The notes under the pieces: generated by a model
Databases searched by the model: none
Seen by the model: the letters and a program-made list of their open reading frames with translations, nothing else
What the model was told of the DNA's origin: nothing
Translations under genes and position numbers: made by a program
DNA from: an uncultured cyanobacterium
Lineage (GTDB): Bacteria > Cyanobacteriota > Cyanobacteriia > Cyanobacteriales > CAWCAG01
DNA: 64,000 nucleotides
Direction of reading: 5' to 3'
Assembly: GCA_963803805.1 (NCBI GenBank)
Contig: CAWDOD010000003.1
Location: forward strand, 160,001 to 224,000
Shown here: positions 42,302 to 51,134 of the stretch, one piece after another
Layout of the letters: the number at the start of each line of letters is the position of its first letter
How positions within the stretch are numbered: the first letter of the stretch is position 1

Positions 42302-42937
42302 TCATCGGGTAGAACAATTTAGACCTTCTTTTTTTGTACCGATAGCTGCAACTTGTGGGGTCAAATTGGTTTCAGAAGCTTGTGTTTTTACTTTGAAGGG
42401 ATTTACTTCCCAACAAGGAGCAAGTACTGGCGGCTTTCCAGGATTAAATCCTAATTGTTTTACCGCGTAATATACTGTGGAATTGCTATTAGCTCCATCA
42501 AAACACTGTTCTGAATCAGGCATACGGTACTTAATTCTAGCCGCTTCAATATTGTCCATAATTTCCCTTAATTTAGAGTCATAGTTATTAAAAGCACCAA
42601 TTGACTTAAATTTTTGCAGTTCTACTACCGCACTAGGATTTGTTGTCCAATCAACAGTCCTCTCTGTATACCGACCATATTGTGTAACGATTTATCCATA
42701 CATAAATCCTGAAAGACCGCCACGATAGAAATTTGTAGGACCGTAAAAACCAGTTAGATAAGAAGGTTCACGAAGAATGATAAAGGCATGGTGTGCTGGA
42801 GTCGTAGCTGTTCCTACTGGTTTGAAATGTATTTCCAAACTACCTGGTACTTTAGGCGAAAGCGGCCCCGTGTCAATTTGAGCTAGTTGTTGAGGATCGT
42901 TTTCTGAAGTCTTCTGGTTTTCTAAAGCCTGCTCATT
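42302..42937 (-). pseudogene. Toxin tip paralogous to the 40845 tip; 5'-deleted, with one in-frame TAA at 42692-42694
   Basis: HHAFIIL, FYRGG, YG*IVT..DWTTNPS, GANSNS, PPVLAPCW; the two listed ORFs share one frame. Confidence 0.8.
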
Positions 42938-42942
42938 CTTGG

Positions 42943-44322
42943 ATCGCAACTCAACAACTAGGCTTTTCTTTACTCACTATTCCTGCCCATCTGCTACCCC
43001 AAGAAACCGCCGCACTACAACAATTCTGCCAACGTTTAGAAAGACAAACTATTTTGGGACGTAGCTTAGTTTTCCTTGATTGTCGTCAAATACTAGAAAG
43101 TGATGGTTTAGCAGAGAAGTTCTTTTCTCAACTAATTGAACAACTGCCTACTCCATTCCTCATTAACTCCCCTCAGCCCAAACAACTTTCCCAACCTTGC
43201 CTGATTCTGGAAGTTAACCCTCCCACTAAAGGAGAACAATTGCAACTTTGGCAAACTGCCTTGGGAGATGTGGCTACAAATTTAGAAACAGAATTAGCAT
43301 CCTTGGCCTATCAATATCACCTAGACCTCCCCACTATCCAAACCATCTGCGCCCAAACTCTCACTGAACTAGATTCAAACAATGCTCCTACAGAATTACT
43401 CCCCAGCCTCCGACAAAACTGCCACCATTTAGTTCGTCCCGCTTTACAAGGACTCGCCCAACACATCGAAACCAAAGCAGATTGGGAAGACTTAATCTTG
43501 CCGGAAAAAGAGAAAAATACTCTTGAAGAGATTGTCGCCCAAGTTACCTACCGCAAAACTGTTAGTGCAGACTGGGGTTGGGCAGGAAAGGGACAACGGG
43601 GACAAGCTATGGTGGCAGTATTTGCTGGGGTAAGTGGTACAGGGAAAACTATGGCAGCCGAGTTAATAGGTAAAAGGACAGGATTAGATGTTTATCGTAT
43701 TGATTTAGCTGCTGTAGTGAGTAAGTACATTGGGGAAACGGAAAAGCATTTGGGTCAAATCTTTGATGGCGCAGAAAGGGGAGGAGCTATTTTACTTTTT
43801 GATGAAGGGGATGCTCTTTTTGGTAAGCGTACTGAAGTCAAGGATAGCCGCGATCGCTATGCGAATTTGAGTGTCAGTTATTTGTTACAACGTTTGGAGG
43901 CTTATGGTGGCTTGGCTATTATTACCACCAACTGGGAAGAATCTTTAGATCAGGCTTTTAAGCGACGTTTTCGCCACATTGTTAAGTTCCCCATGCCAGA
44001 CAAAGAAACCAGGAAGTTACTTTGGCAAAGGATTTTTCCCAAAGCTACCCCAATCCATCAATTGAATTTTACAGAGTTAGCAAAAATGCACATTAGCGGT
44101 GGTAATATTCGCTCTATAGCTCTGAATGCTTGCTTCCTCGCTGCTAAAATGGGGCAGCCAGTAACTATGAAGCAAGTTGCGATCACCGCTCGTGAAGAGT
44201 ACGTGAAGTTAGATTTGGGGAATATGGATAACTTTACCCAAGGTTGGTTAAAAGAAGCTAAAGAAGCTGAGTTGAAGACTTTGATGTCTCAGTCATTACC
44301 AAACATTCAGACAACAAGATAA
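42943..44322 (+). pseudogene. Second Afp15/Pvc15-like AAA+ ATPase, 5'-truncated
   Basis: GVSGTGKT, LLFDEGD, SKYIGETEK. The frame extends upstream of 43054 (IATQQLGFSLLTIPAHLLP), aligns with about residue 225 of the 6969 ATPase and has no ATG. Confidence 0.8.
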
Positions 44323-44398
44323 AAAGCCTAACTCTACTACTTAGATTCGTCTCTTCCTCAAACCCATTGGAGGAATCCTCGAATTACTTTCGTGTTAA

Positions 44399-45031
44399 CT
44401 ATTCTTTTACCAAAACTCCATGTAAAAAAATATCTGCAATACCTTCGGCCATTTCCTGCATGGCTTGGGGAGAAGCGTCGGGATTAATGATGGTATTTTC
44501 AGAAAACCCGGCGATCGCAAACATACCCAAAAATACTTGAGCAACAATTTTAGGATTAGTGCGGCGATAGATGCCGCGATCCATAGCAGTTTGGAAAAAC
44601 ACTTCCGCCACATCCGTCATCTTTTCAATCACCTCCGATTGAATCCTTTCTTGCAATTCGGGGTGAAACTGGGCTTCTGTAAAGCAAACACGCATCATAT
44701 CGCTATTTTCCTTCATACGAAACATACGCCGTCGCATTACTTGGGCTATGGCTTTGTAACTACCCATTTCACTTAATTCTGTTAGTAAGTCAGTGAGAAT
44801 TTCTACCCAACCCATGGTCACCACTTCAATTAAAATTGCTTTTTTGTTAGCAAAATGACGAAACAGAGTCCCTTCTGCCACCTTTGCACCTGTAGCTAAA
44901 TCTTTAGTAGTTGTGCCGTCGTAACCTTGACGAGCAAATAAATGTAAGGCAGCTTTTAAGATGCGGCTGCGGGTATTTTCTTCTGGATTACTGGTTACTT
45001 GTCCGACGGAACGCTGACTAAAAACTCGCAT
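44399..45031 (-). CDS. TetR/AcrR family regulator
   Basis: RILKAA..LF...GY..TT...LA..A.V.EGTLFRHF..K. Confidence 0.93.
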   Translation of the reverse strand: MRVFSQRSVGQVTSNPEENTRSRILKAALHLFARQGYDGTTTKDLATGAKVAEGTLFRHFANKKAILIEVVTMGWVEILTDLLTELSEMGSYKAIAQVMRRRMFRMKENSDMMRVCFTEAQFHPELQERIQSEVIEKMTDVAEVFFQTAMDRGIYRRTNPKIVAQVFLGMFAIAGFSENTIINPDASPQAMQEMAEGIADIFLHGVLVKE

Positions 45032-45225
45032 AGCATTTTTACTTATTAAATTAGCTGGAAAACTGTAGAGTTATTCTCTAACAAGAAGTAGTGATCATGG
45101 TAAAAGCTTCACAGATCGTTAAGAGGGAACAGTTATATTCTATCGCGGTCAAATGTCTTACCCTTTTTAGCTTAAACAAGAATTTTGTGCCAACGGGCTT
45201 GTTAGAATAAATCCGTACTAAAGCG

Positions 45226-46812
45226 ATGCAGAGTATGCAAAAAATATTGAAAGATTGTTTTCGACGCAATAGCTGGAATTATAAGTTAATCAGTTTTTGC
45301 TCTTCAATTATGTTAGTGGGAAGCTTTTTACCCCATGTTGCTTTAGCGCAAACCCCGACAGGAAGTTCAACTTCAATTCAGCCTTATTTAGATCGGGTTG
45401 TCGAACAAGTTACGGAGTATGAGCTAGATAATGGCATGAAATTCATACTCTTGAAAAGGGATAAAGCCCCGATTGTTTCTTTTGTTACCTATGCTGATGT
45501 GGGGGGTGCTAATGAACCTGATGGTAAAACAGGGGTAGCTCATTTCCTAGAACATTTAGCTTTTAAAGGTACAAGGCGCATTGGTACAACTAATTATGAA
45601 GCGGAAAAGCCCCTTTTAGAAGAATTAGATCGCTTATTTGAGGAAATCAAAGCAGCTAGAGAAGCGGGAGATGAAGCTAAATTAACTCAACTACAAGCAG
45701 AATTTGCTGAGGTTGAAGCCCAAGCAGATAAATATGCCAAACAAAACGAATTTGGTCAAATTGTCGAAACATCTGGAGGAGAAGGCTTAAATGCTGCAAC
45801 CTCAGCCGATTATACAATCTATTTTTATAGCTTACCTGCTAACAAAACGGAATTATGGATGGCTTTAGAGTCAGAACGCTTTCTTGATCCTGTATTTAGG
45901 GAATTTTATAAAGAAAAAGAAGTCATATTAGAAGAGCGTCGGTTGCGTACAGATAACTCTCCGGTGGGTAAGATGATTGAAGAGTTTCTCGATACTGCCT
46001 ACGAAGTTCATCCCTATAAGCGTCCTGTAATCGGCTATGACGAAGATATTCGCAACTTAGAGCGGGGTGATGTCGAAGAGTTTTTCTCCACCCACTATGC
46101 CCCTAATAACTTAACCGTAGCTATTATTGGGGATATAGATCCTCAAGAAGTAAAAGAGTTAAGCGAGGTTTATTTTGGACGTTACCCAGCTAAACCCCAA
46201 CCCCCAGAAGTAACCAGGGTAGAACCACCTCAAAGCCAAACAAAGGAAGTTACCCTCGAACTCAACTCCCAACCTTGGTATCTAGAAGGTTATCATCGCC
46301 CCTCCATTAACCACCCTGATCACGCTGTATATGAAATCATTTCTCGCTTACTTAGCGACGGCAGAACTTCCCGCCTCTACAAATCTTTGGTAGAAGAAAA
46401 GCAAGTGGCTTTAACAGCACAAGGATTTAGCGGTTTTCCTGGGGAGAAATATCCCAACTTAATGCTTTTTTATGCCCTCACCGCCCCCAATAGTAGCGTT
46501 GAAGATGTAGCTAAAGCCTTAGATATAGAAATTGAACGGTTGAAAACTGAACCAGTTTCCCCTCAAGAGTTAGAGCGGGTAAAAACCCAAGCTAGGGCAG
46601 AATTATTGCGTTCCCTCAACTCCAATATTGGCATGGGGCAGTTACTGGTTAAGTATGAAGTCTTAACCGGAGACTGGCGCAACCTCTTTAAACAACTAGA
46701 GGCGATCGCCCAAGTAAATGCAGCAGATGTGCAAAGGGTTTCTCAAACAACCTTTACTCCAGAAAATCGTACCATTGGTCGGTTGCTTTCTCAAGAAGGG
46801 AATGGGGAATAA
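45226..46812 (+). CDS. M16 family zinc peptidase (active subunit)
   Basis: HFLEH inverted zinc motif, LNAAT, EKEVILEERR. Confidence 0.93.
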   Translation: MQSMQKILKDCFRRNSWNYKLISFCSSIMLVGSFLPHVALAQTPTGSSTSIQPYLDRVVEQVTEYELDNGMKFILLKRDKAPIVSFVTYADVGGANEPDGKTGVAHFLEHLAFKGTRRIGTTNYEAEKPLLEELDRLFEEIKAAREAGDEAKLTQLQAEFAEVEAQADKYAKQNEFGQIVETSGGEGLNAATSADYTIYFYSLPANKTELWMALESERFLDPVFREFYKEKEVILEERRLRTDNSPVGKMIEEFLDTAYEVHPYKRPVIGYDEDIRNLERGDVEEFFSTHYAPNNLTVAIIGDIDPQEVKELSEVYFGRYPAKPQPPEVTRVEPPQSQTKEVTLELNSQPWYLEGYHRPSINHPDHAVYEIISRLLSDGRTSRLYKSLVEEKQVALTAQGFSGFPGEKYPNLMLFYALTAPNSSVEDVAKALDIEIERLKTEPVSPQELERVKTQARAELLRSLNSNIGMGQLLVKYEVLTGDWRNLFKQLEAIAQVNAADVQRVSQTTFTPENRTIGRLLSQEGNGE

Positions 46813-46855
46813 GTAGTTAAGTCACTAGGTAATAAGTAATTCAGTTAAACAAGCA

Positions 46856-48325
46856 ATGGTAACAAAGAAACAAATGAAGCGCTTCAGTTGGCTGGGAATA
46901 GTGGTTCTCACGATATTTTTCGTTATTGTTGGTACGGGGGAAACTAACTTTTCTTTGGCGGCTACAGCCAAATATTACGAGCAACTAGAATTTCCTCCCT
47001 TGCCAGAGGTAAAATTACCGGAGTATGAACGCTACGAACTTAGTAACGGTATGGTAATTTATCTGATTGAAGATAGAGAACTGCCTTTAGTTAGTGGTAG
47101 TGCCATCATTCGCACAGGTTCTCGGTGGGAAAAAGGGGAAGAATCTGGTTTAGCAGGAATAACAGGAACAGTTATGCGTACCGGGGGAACCACAAAACAT
47201 CCCCCCGATCAGCTAAACGAAATGCTTGAACAAAGGGCAGCGTCGGTAGAAACTTTTATTGGTGATAGTTCTGGCGGTGCTAGTTTTAGTGCCTTGAGTG
47301 AAGACTTACCAATGGTCATGACTCTTTTTGCAGAAGTATTGCGAGATCCGGCTTTCCCCCAGGATAAAATCGAATTAGCGAAAACCCAGGAACAGGGAAA
47401 TATTGCCCGTCGCAATGATGATCCAGGGGAGATTGCCCGTCGGGAGTTTTATAAACTGGTTTATGGGGGTCAAAGTCCCTATGCCCGTACCGTAGAATAC
47501 GCAACTTTAGGTAATATTGAACGCCAGGATTTAGTTGATTTTTACAGTACATACTTTCATCCTGACAATATTATCTTAGGCATAGTTGGGGACTTTGATA
47601 CCCAGGAAGTTAAAGAGTTAATTACTGCTAAATTTGGTGACTGGCAACCTACTTCTGGTAAGAGTAAGCCAACAGTTCCTCAAGCAACCCAGAAAAACAC
47701 TCAAGGGGTATTTCTTGTCAACCAACCCCAACTAACCCAAAGTAACATCCTCTTAGGACATCTTGGTGGTCAATTGGATAATCCTGATTATCCTGAACTT
47801 ACTGTGATGAATGAAGTCCTTAATGGTTTTGGAGGACGTTTATTTAATGAAGTGCGATCGCGTCAAGGTTTAGCTTATTCGGTATACGGTATTTGGAGTC
47901 CCCGCTACGATTATCCTGGTATTTTTATTGCCGGGGGACAAACTCGTTCTGAGGCGACAGTTCCTTTTATTGAAGGGATTAAAGCAGAAATTGCCAAGCT
48001 GCGTACAGAACCAATAACAGCACAGGAATTAGCCAATGCTAAAGAATCAATCCTGAATTCCTTCGTCTTCAACTTCGCAGATCCTAGTCAAACCCTATCT
48101 CGGTTGATGCGTTATGAGTATTACGGCTATCCGGCTGACTTTATTTTCCAGTATCAGCGCCAGGTTAAAGCAACTACCATTGCCGATATTCAAAGGGTAG
48201 CTCAAGAATATCTCCAACCAGACAAGATTGTCACTATAGTTGTGGGCAATGCTGAAGATATTCAACCACCCTTGCAGGATATAGGTATGGCAGTAGAAAC
48301 TTTGGATGTTTCAATTAAGGAATAA
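46856..48325 (+). CDS. M16 family peptidase (non-catalytic partner)
   Basis: L.NG, RLF.EVR..GLAYSV; no HxxEH motif. Confidence 0.9.
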   Translation: MVTKKQMKRFSWLGIVVLTIFFVIVGTGETNFSLAATAKYYEQLEFPPLPEVKLPEYERYELSNGMVIYLIEDRELPLVSGSAIIRTGSRWEKGEESGLAGITGTVMRTGGTTKHPPDQLNEMLEQRAASVETFIGDSSGGASFSALSEDLPMVMTLFAEVLRDPAFPQDKIELAKTQEQGNIARRNDDPGEIARREFYKLVYGGQSPYARTVEYATLGNIERQDLVDFYSTYFHPDNIILGIVGDFDTQEVKELITAKFGDWQPTSGKSKPTVPQATQKNTQGVFLVNQPQLTQSNILLGHLGGQLDNPDYPELTVMNEVLNGFGGRLFNEVRSRQGLAYSVYGIWSPRYDYPGIFIAGGQTRSEATVPFIEGIKAEIAKLRTEPITAQELANAKESILNSFVFNFADPSQTLSRLMRYEYYGYPADFIFQYQRQVKATTIADIQRVAQEYLQPDKIVTIVVGNAEDIQPPLQDIGMAVETLDVSIKE

Positions 48326-48336
48326 CAAACAAAAGA

Positions 48337-48360
48337 AGAGGCGTTGCTTGCAGCGTCTCT
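48337..48360 (+). terminator. REP-like hairpin after the M16 operon
   Basis: AGAGGCGTTGC-TT-GCAGCGTCTCT, with G-U pairs. Confidence 0.5.
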
Positions 48361-48455
48361 ATTGGAGAAAAAAGGCTTAGGTAAGCTATAGGTTTAAGAC
48401 AGGAAATAATGCTCAAGAATAGCCAAAACGCAAAGTGTTGTAAGAAATAAAATCG

Positions 48456-49388
48456 ATGGCTGAGCAAATTGAAACGTTAATTTCTATTATTATTGTCAAC
48501 TATAATTGCGGTAATATTTTAATAGATTGTTTGAAATCTGTAGAGGAATTTACTCAAACCTTACTCTCTGAAATTATTGTTGTTGATAATGCTTCTGTAG
48601 ATGGAAGTGTTGCTCTAGTTGAAAAACAATTTCCCCAAATTACCTTAATCAAAGAAACCGAGAATCGTGGTTTTGGCGCAGGTAATAATATTGGAGCTAA
48701 AGTAGCAAAAGGAAACTTTCTTTTCTTCCTTAATCCTGATACAGTCTTAACTCAAGAAATACTCCCTCATCTACTAAATATTATTCAATCAGAGCCAACG
48801 GTTGGTATTGTTGCTCCTAAATTAGTTTATCCAGATGGCAGCTTGCAAATATCTACGGCTGAAGCTATTGGTATCAAAGGAGAATACCAAACTAGAAAGC
48901 GTCTTCTTAATTATCAACAAGGTAAAAACATAGAGGCGATCACCAAGGAGTTTCAAGAGATTAAAACAGTAGATATCGTTATAGGAGCAGCTTTTTTAAT
49001 CAGTGAAGAATTGTTCCATCAATTAAGTGGCTTTGATGAAGAGTTTTTCTTGTATTTTGAAGAATCAGACCTTTGCCAGCGAGTAAGAAACTTAGGTAAA
49101 AATATTGTCTATACCCCTCAAGTATCCCTGATTCATAAACAAGGTTATTCTTCAAAACAAGTTTCTGCACGAGTGCTGCTTGAATATCGACGCAGCCAAA
49201 TTTACTATTACCAGAAACATCTTCCTTTCTGGGAACAGATAGTGATTCGGTTTTATATAGCTAGTAAGTTTACTCTTTTACTAATCAAGTCTCCTGACTT
49301 AACTAAATTAAAGGTAATAAGATTAGCTCTATGTATGAAAAACCATCCTTTTATAAAAAAGCAATCTCCTATTAATAACAAACAATAA
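48456..49388 (+). CDS. Glycosyltransferase family 2
   Basis: SIIIVNYN, VVDNAS.D, N.GFG.GNN, LNPD, GFDE.FFLYFEE.D. Confidence 0.93.
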   Translation: MAEQIETLISIIIVNYNCGNILIDCLKSVEEFTQTLLSEIIVVDNASVDGSVALVEKQFPQITLIKETENRGFGAGNNIGAKVAKGNFLFFLNPDTVLTQEILPHLLNIIQSEPTVGIVAPKLVYPDGSLQISTAEAIGIKGEYQTRKRLLNYQQGKNIEAITKEFQEIKTVDIVIGAAFLISEELFHQLSGFDEEFFLYFEESDLCQRVRNLGKNIVYTPQVSLIHKQGYSSKQVSARVLLEYRRSQIYYYQKHLPFWEQIVIRFYIASKFTLLLIKSPDLTKLKVIRLALCMKNHPFIKKQSPINNKQ

Positions 49389-49409
49389 TTGCTAAATATT
49401 TGATAATAA

Positions 49410-50483
49410 ATGGTATTAGTTAATCTCTCGGTTTTTCTTCTTCAACCTACAGGTATATCTAACTATGCAACAAACCTAATTCCCTATCTAAAACCTCTCC
49501 ATCCAACCCTCTTAACTGCCCATAACTATCCTGATTTTAACTGCTATCCAATTCCTAACAATCTTTCTCCTGCCCAAGGAGCAAAAGGGCATATTCGTCG
49601 CCTTTTCTGGACACAGTTTAAATTAGCTCAACTTCATCAAAAACACCAGAGCAAGTTGTTATTTTCTCCCCTCCCGGAAGCACCTTTATATTATCATTGC
49701 CCCTATGTAGTTATGGTGCATGACTTCATTCCTTTGCGCTTTCCCCAAGACTCTTTTCCACAAACTCTTTACTATCGCTACTATGTACCTCAAGTTCTTA
49801 AACAAAGCACACAAATAATTTGTAACTCAACATCTACAGCCACAGATATTGTTGAGTTCGTCAAAATTCCTGCCAGCAAAATTACCCCAATTCCCCTCGG
49901 TTATGATGAGAAACATTTCCGTCCTTTAAATTTACCTCTTACAAACTCTCGCCCTTATTTCCTTTATATTGGTCGTCATAATCCTCACAAAAACCTTAGT
50001 AGGTTAATCACTGCTTTTGCTAATCTGGCTAACTGTAGCGATCATGAACTTTGGTTAGTTGGTTCTCAAGATAAGCGTTATACTCCTCAATTAGAAATGC
50101 AAGTAGCAGAGTTAAATTTACAAGACAAAATAAAGTTTCTTGATTATATTTCCTATCAAGAATTACCTAGAATTATTAATAACGCGATCGCCCTGGTTTT
50201 TCCTTCTCTTTGGGAAGGTTTCGGATTGCCAGTTTTAGAAGCAATGGCTTGTGGTACTCCGGTAATCACTTCTAACCTTTCTTCCCTACCAGAAGTAACA
50301 GGAGATGCCGCAGTTTTAATCAATCCTGACAATACAGCAGAAATTACTGCGGCAATGGAAACTATAATTAAAGATGAAAAAATGCGATCACAACTTACAA
50401 CTCTTGGTTTAAAACGTGCTAGTCAATTTAGCTGGGCGAAAACTGGACAAGCTACAGTGGAGGTATTGCAAAAATATATTTAA
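49410..50483 (+). CDS. Glycosyltransferase family 4
   Basis: VHD.IP, G...HKN, FPSLWEGFGLPVLEAMACG.PV. Confidence 0.93.
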   Translation: MVLVNLSVFLLQPTGISNYATNLIPYLKPLHPTLLTAHNYPDFNCYPIPNNLSPAQGAKGHIRRLFWTQFKLAQLHQKHQSKLLFSPLPEAPLYYHCPYVVMVHDFIPLRFPQDSFPQTLYYRYYVPQVLKQSTQIICNSTSTATDIVEFVKIPASKITPIPLGYDEKHFRPLNLPLTNSRPYFLYIGRHNPHKNLSRLITAFANLANCSDHELWLVGSQDKRYTPQLEMQVAELNLQDKIKFLDYISYQELPRIINNAIALVFPSLWEGFGLPVLEAMACGTPVITSNLSSLPEVTGDAAVLINPDNTAEITAAMETIIKDEKMRSQLTTLGLKRASQFSWAKTGQATVEVLQKYI

Positions 50484-50498
50484 GATCCTTACCAATAA

Positions 50499-50529
50499 AA
50501 AAAATACCCCCGTTTTGGAGGTATTTTTT
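50499..50529. terminator. Bidirectional intrinsic terminator
   Basis: AAAAAATACCCCC-GTTTT-GGAGGTATTTTTT between convergent genes. Confidence 0.65.
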
Positions 50530-50645
50530 AGTTGTGTTGTTAATCAACCAAAAGTTGGATTTAACTTGAATCTAGGAAGTCAAATTGATATTATTTGACT
50601 TAGGAGCAGATGATAAAGTTGAAAGGTGAAATCTTAGATTGAAGC

Positions 50646-50819
50646 TTAGTAGCTAATGCCGCGATAGGTTCTTTTGCCCTTGCGTTGCTGAACCTGATTG
50701 CTGTGAACATCACGGAACTTGCAATCTTGACCGCGATATTTACCTTTGTATTCAGAAACATTGCCTTCAACAGCATTTTGATGAGCTTCGTAGCTGTGAC
50801 CGCGATAAAAAAGTTTCAT
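50646..50819 (-). CDS. DUF4278 family small protein (57 aa), not in the ORF track
   Basis: MKLFYRGHSY...GKYRGQ...RTYRGISY* with three YRG motifs; GAGG ribosome-binding site. Confidence 0.85.
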   Translation of the reverse strand: MKLFYRGHSYEAHQNAVEGNVSEYKGKYRGQDCKFRDVHSNQVQQRKGKRTYRGISY

Positions 50820-50859
50820 AGTATTCGCCTCTGATAAATCTTACAGTGAGTGAGTGAGG

Positions 50860-50925
50860 CGCGTTCCTTCAGAATTTACTTCTTACTTCCGTCTCTTTGT
50901 TTAGAAAACTTTGAGAGATGAACGT
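50860..50925 (-). promoter_or_regulatory. Glutamine riboswitch (glnA RNA motif)
   Basis: Minus strand CGTTCATCTCT...AGAGACGGAAGTAAG...CTGAAGGAACGC, directly upstream of the DUF4278 gene. Confidence 0.85.
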
Positions 50926-50936
50926 TTTTGGTTTCT

Positions 50937-50971
50937 GTATCTATTGTTACGGTTTTTTCAAAAAATGTCAA
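50937..50971 (-). promoter_or_regulatory. NtcA box overlapping the -10 region of a sigma70-type promoter
   Basis: GTA-ACAATAGA-TAC (50950-50937); TTGACA at 50971-50966. Confidence 0.7.
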
Positions 50972-51134
50972 GTATTATTTTGGGTTACTCTCAACTTTTT
51001 ACTTAGTGATCCCTACAGATTAAGTATAGATATTTTTGAAGAGTAACTAGATTTTGGTGAATTTAAGAAGTTATACGTGATCATAGACGCGATCGCAACC
51101 ACTACTTTGGCAATAATGTAAAAAAGCGCTCAGT

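Noticed and set aside
39019-42694. Stop-codon readthrough or recoding at in-frame TAA codons
   Set aside because: TAA is the usual stop in core genes here, and the same cassettes carry deletions; decay is the simpler explanation.
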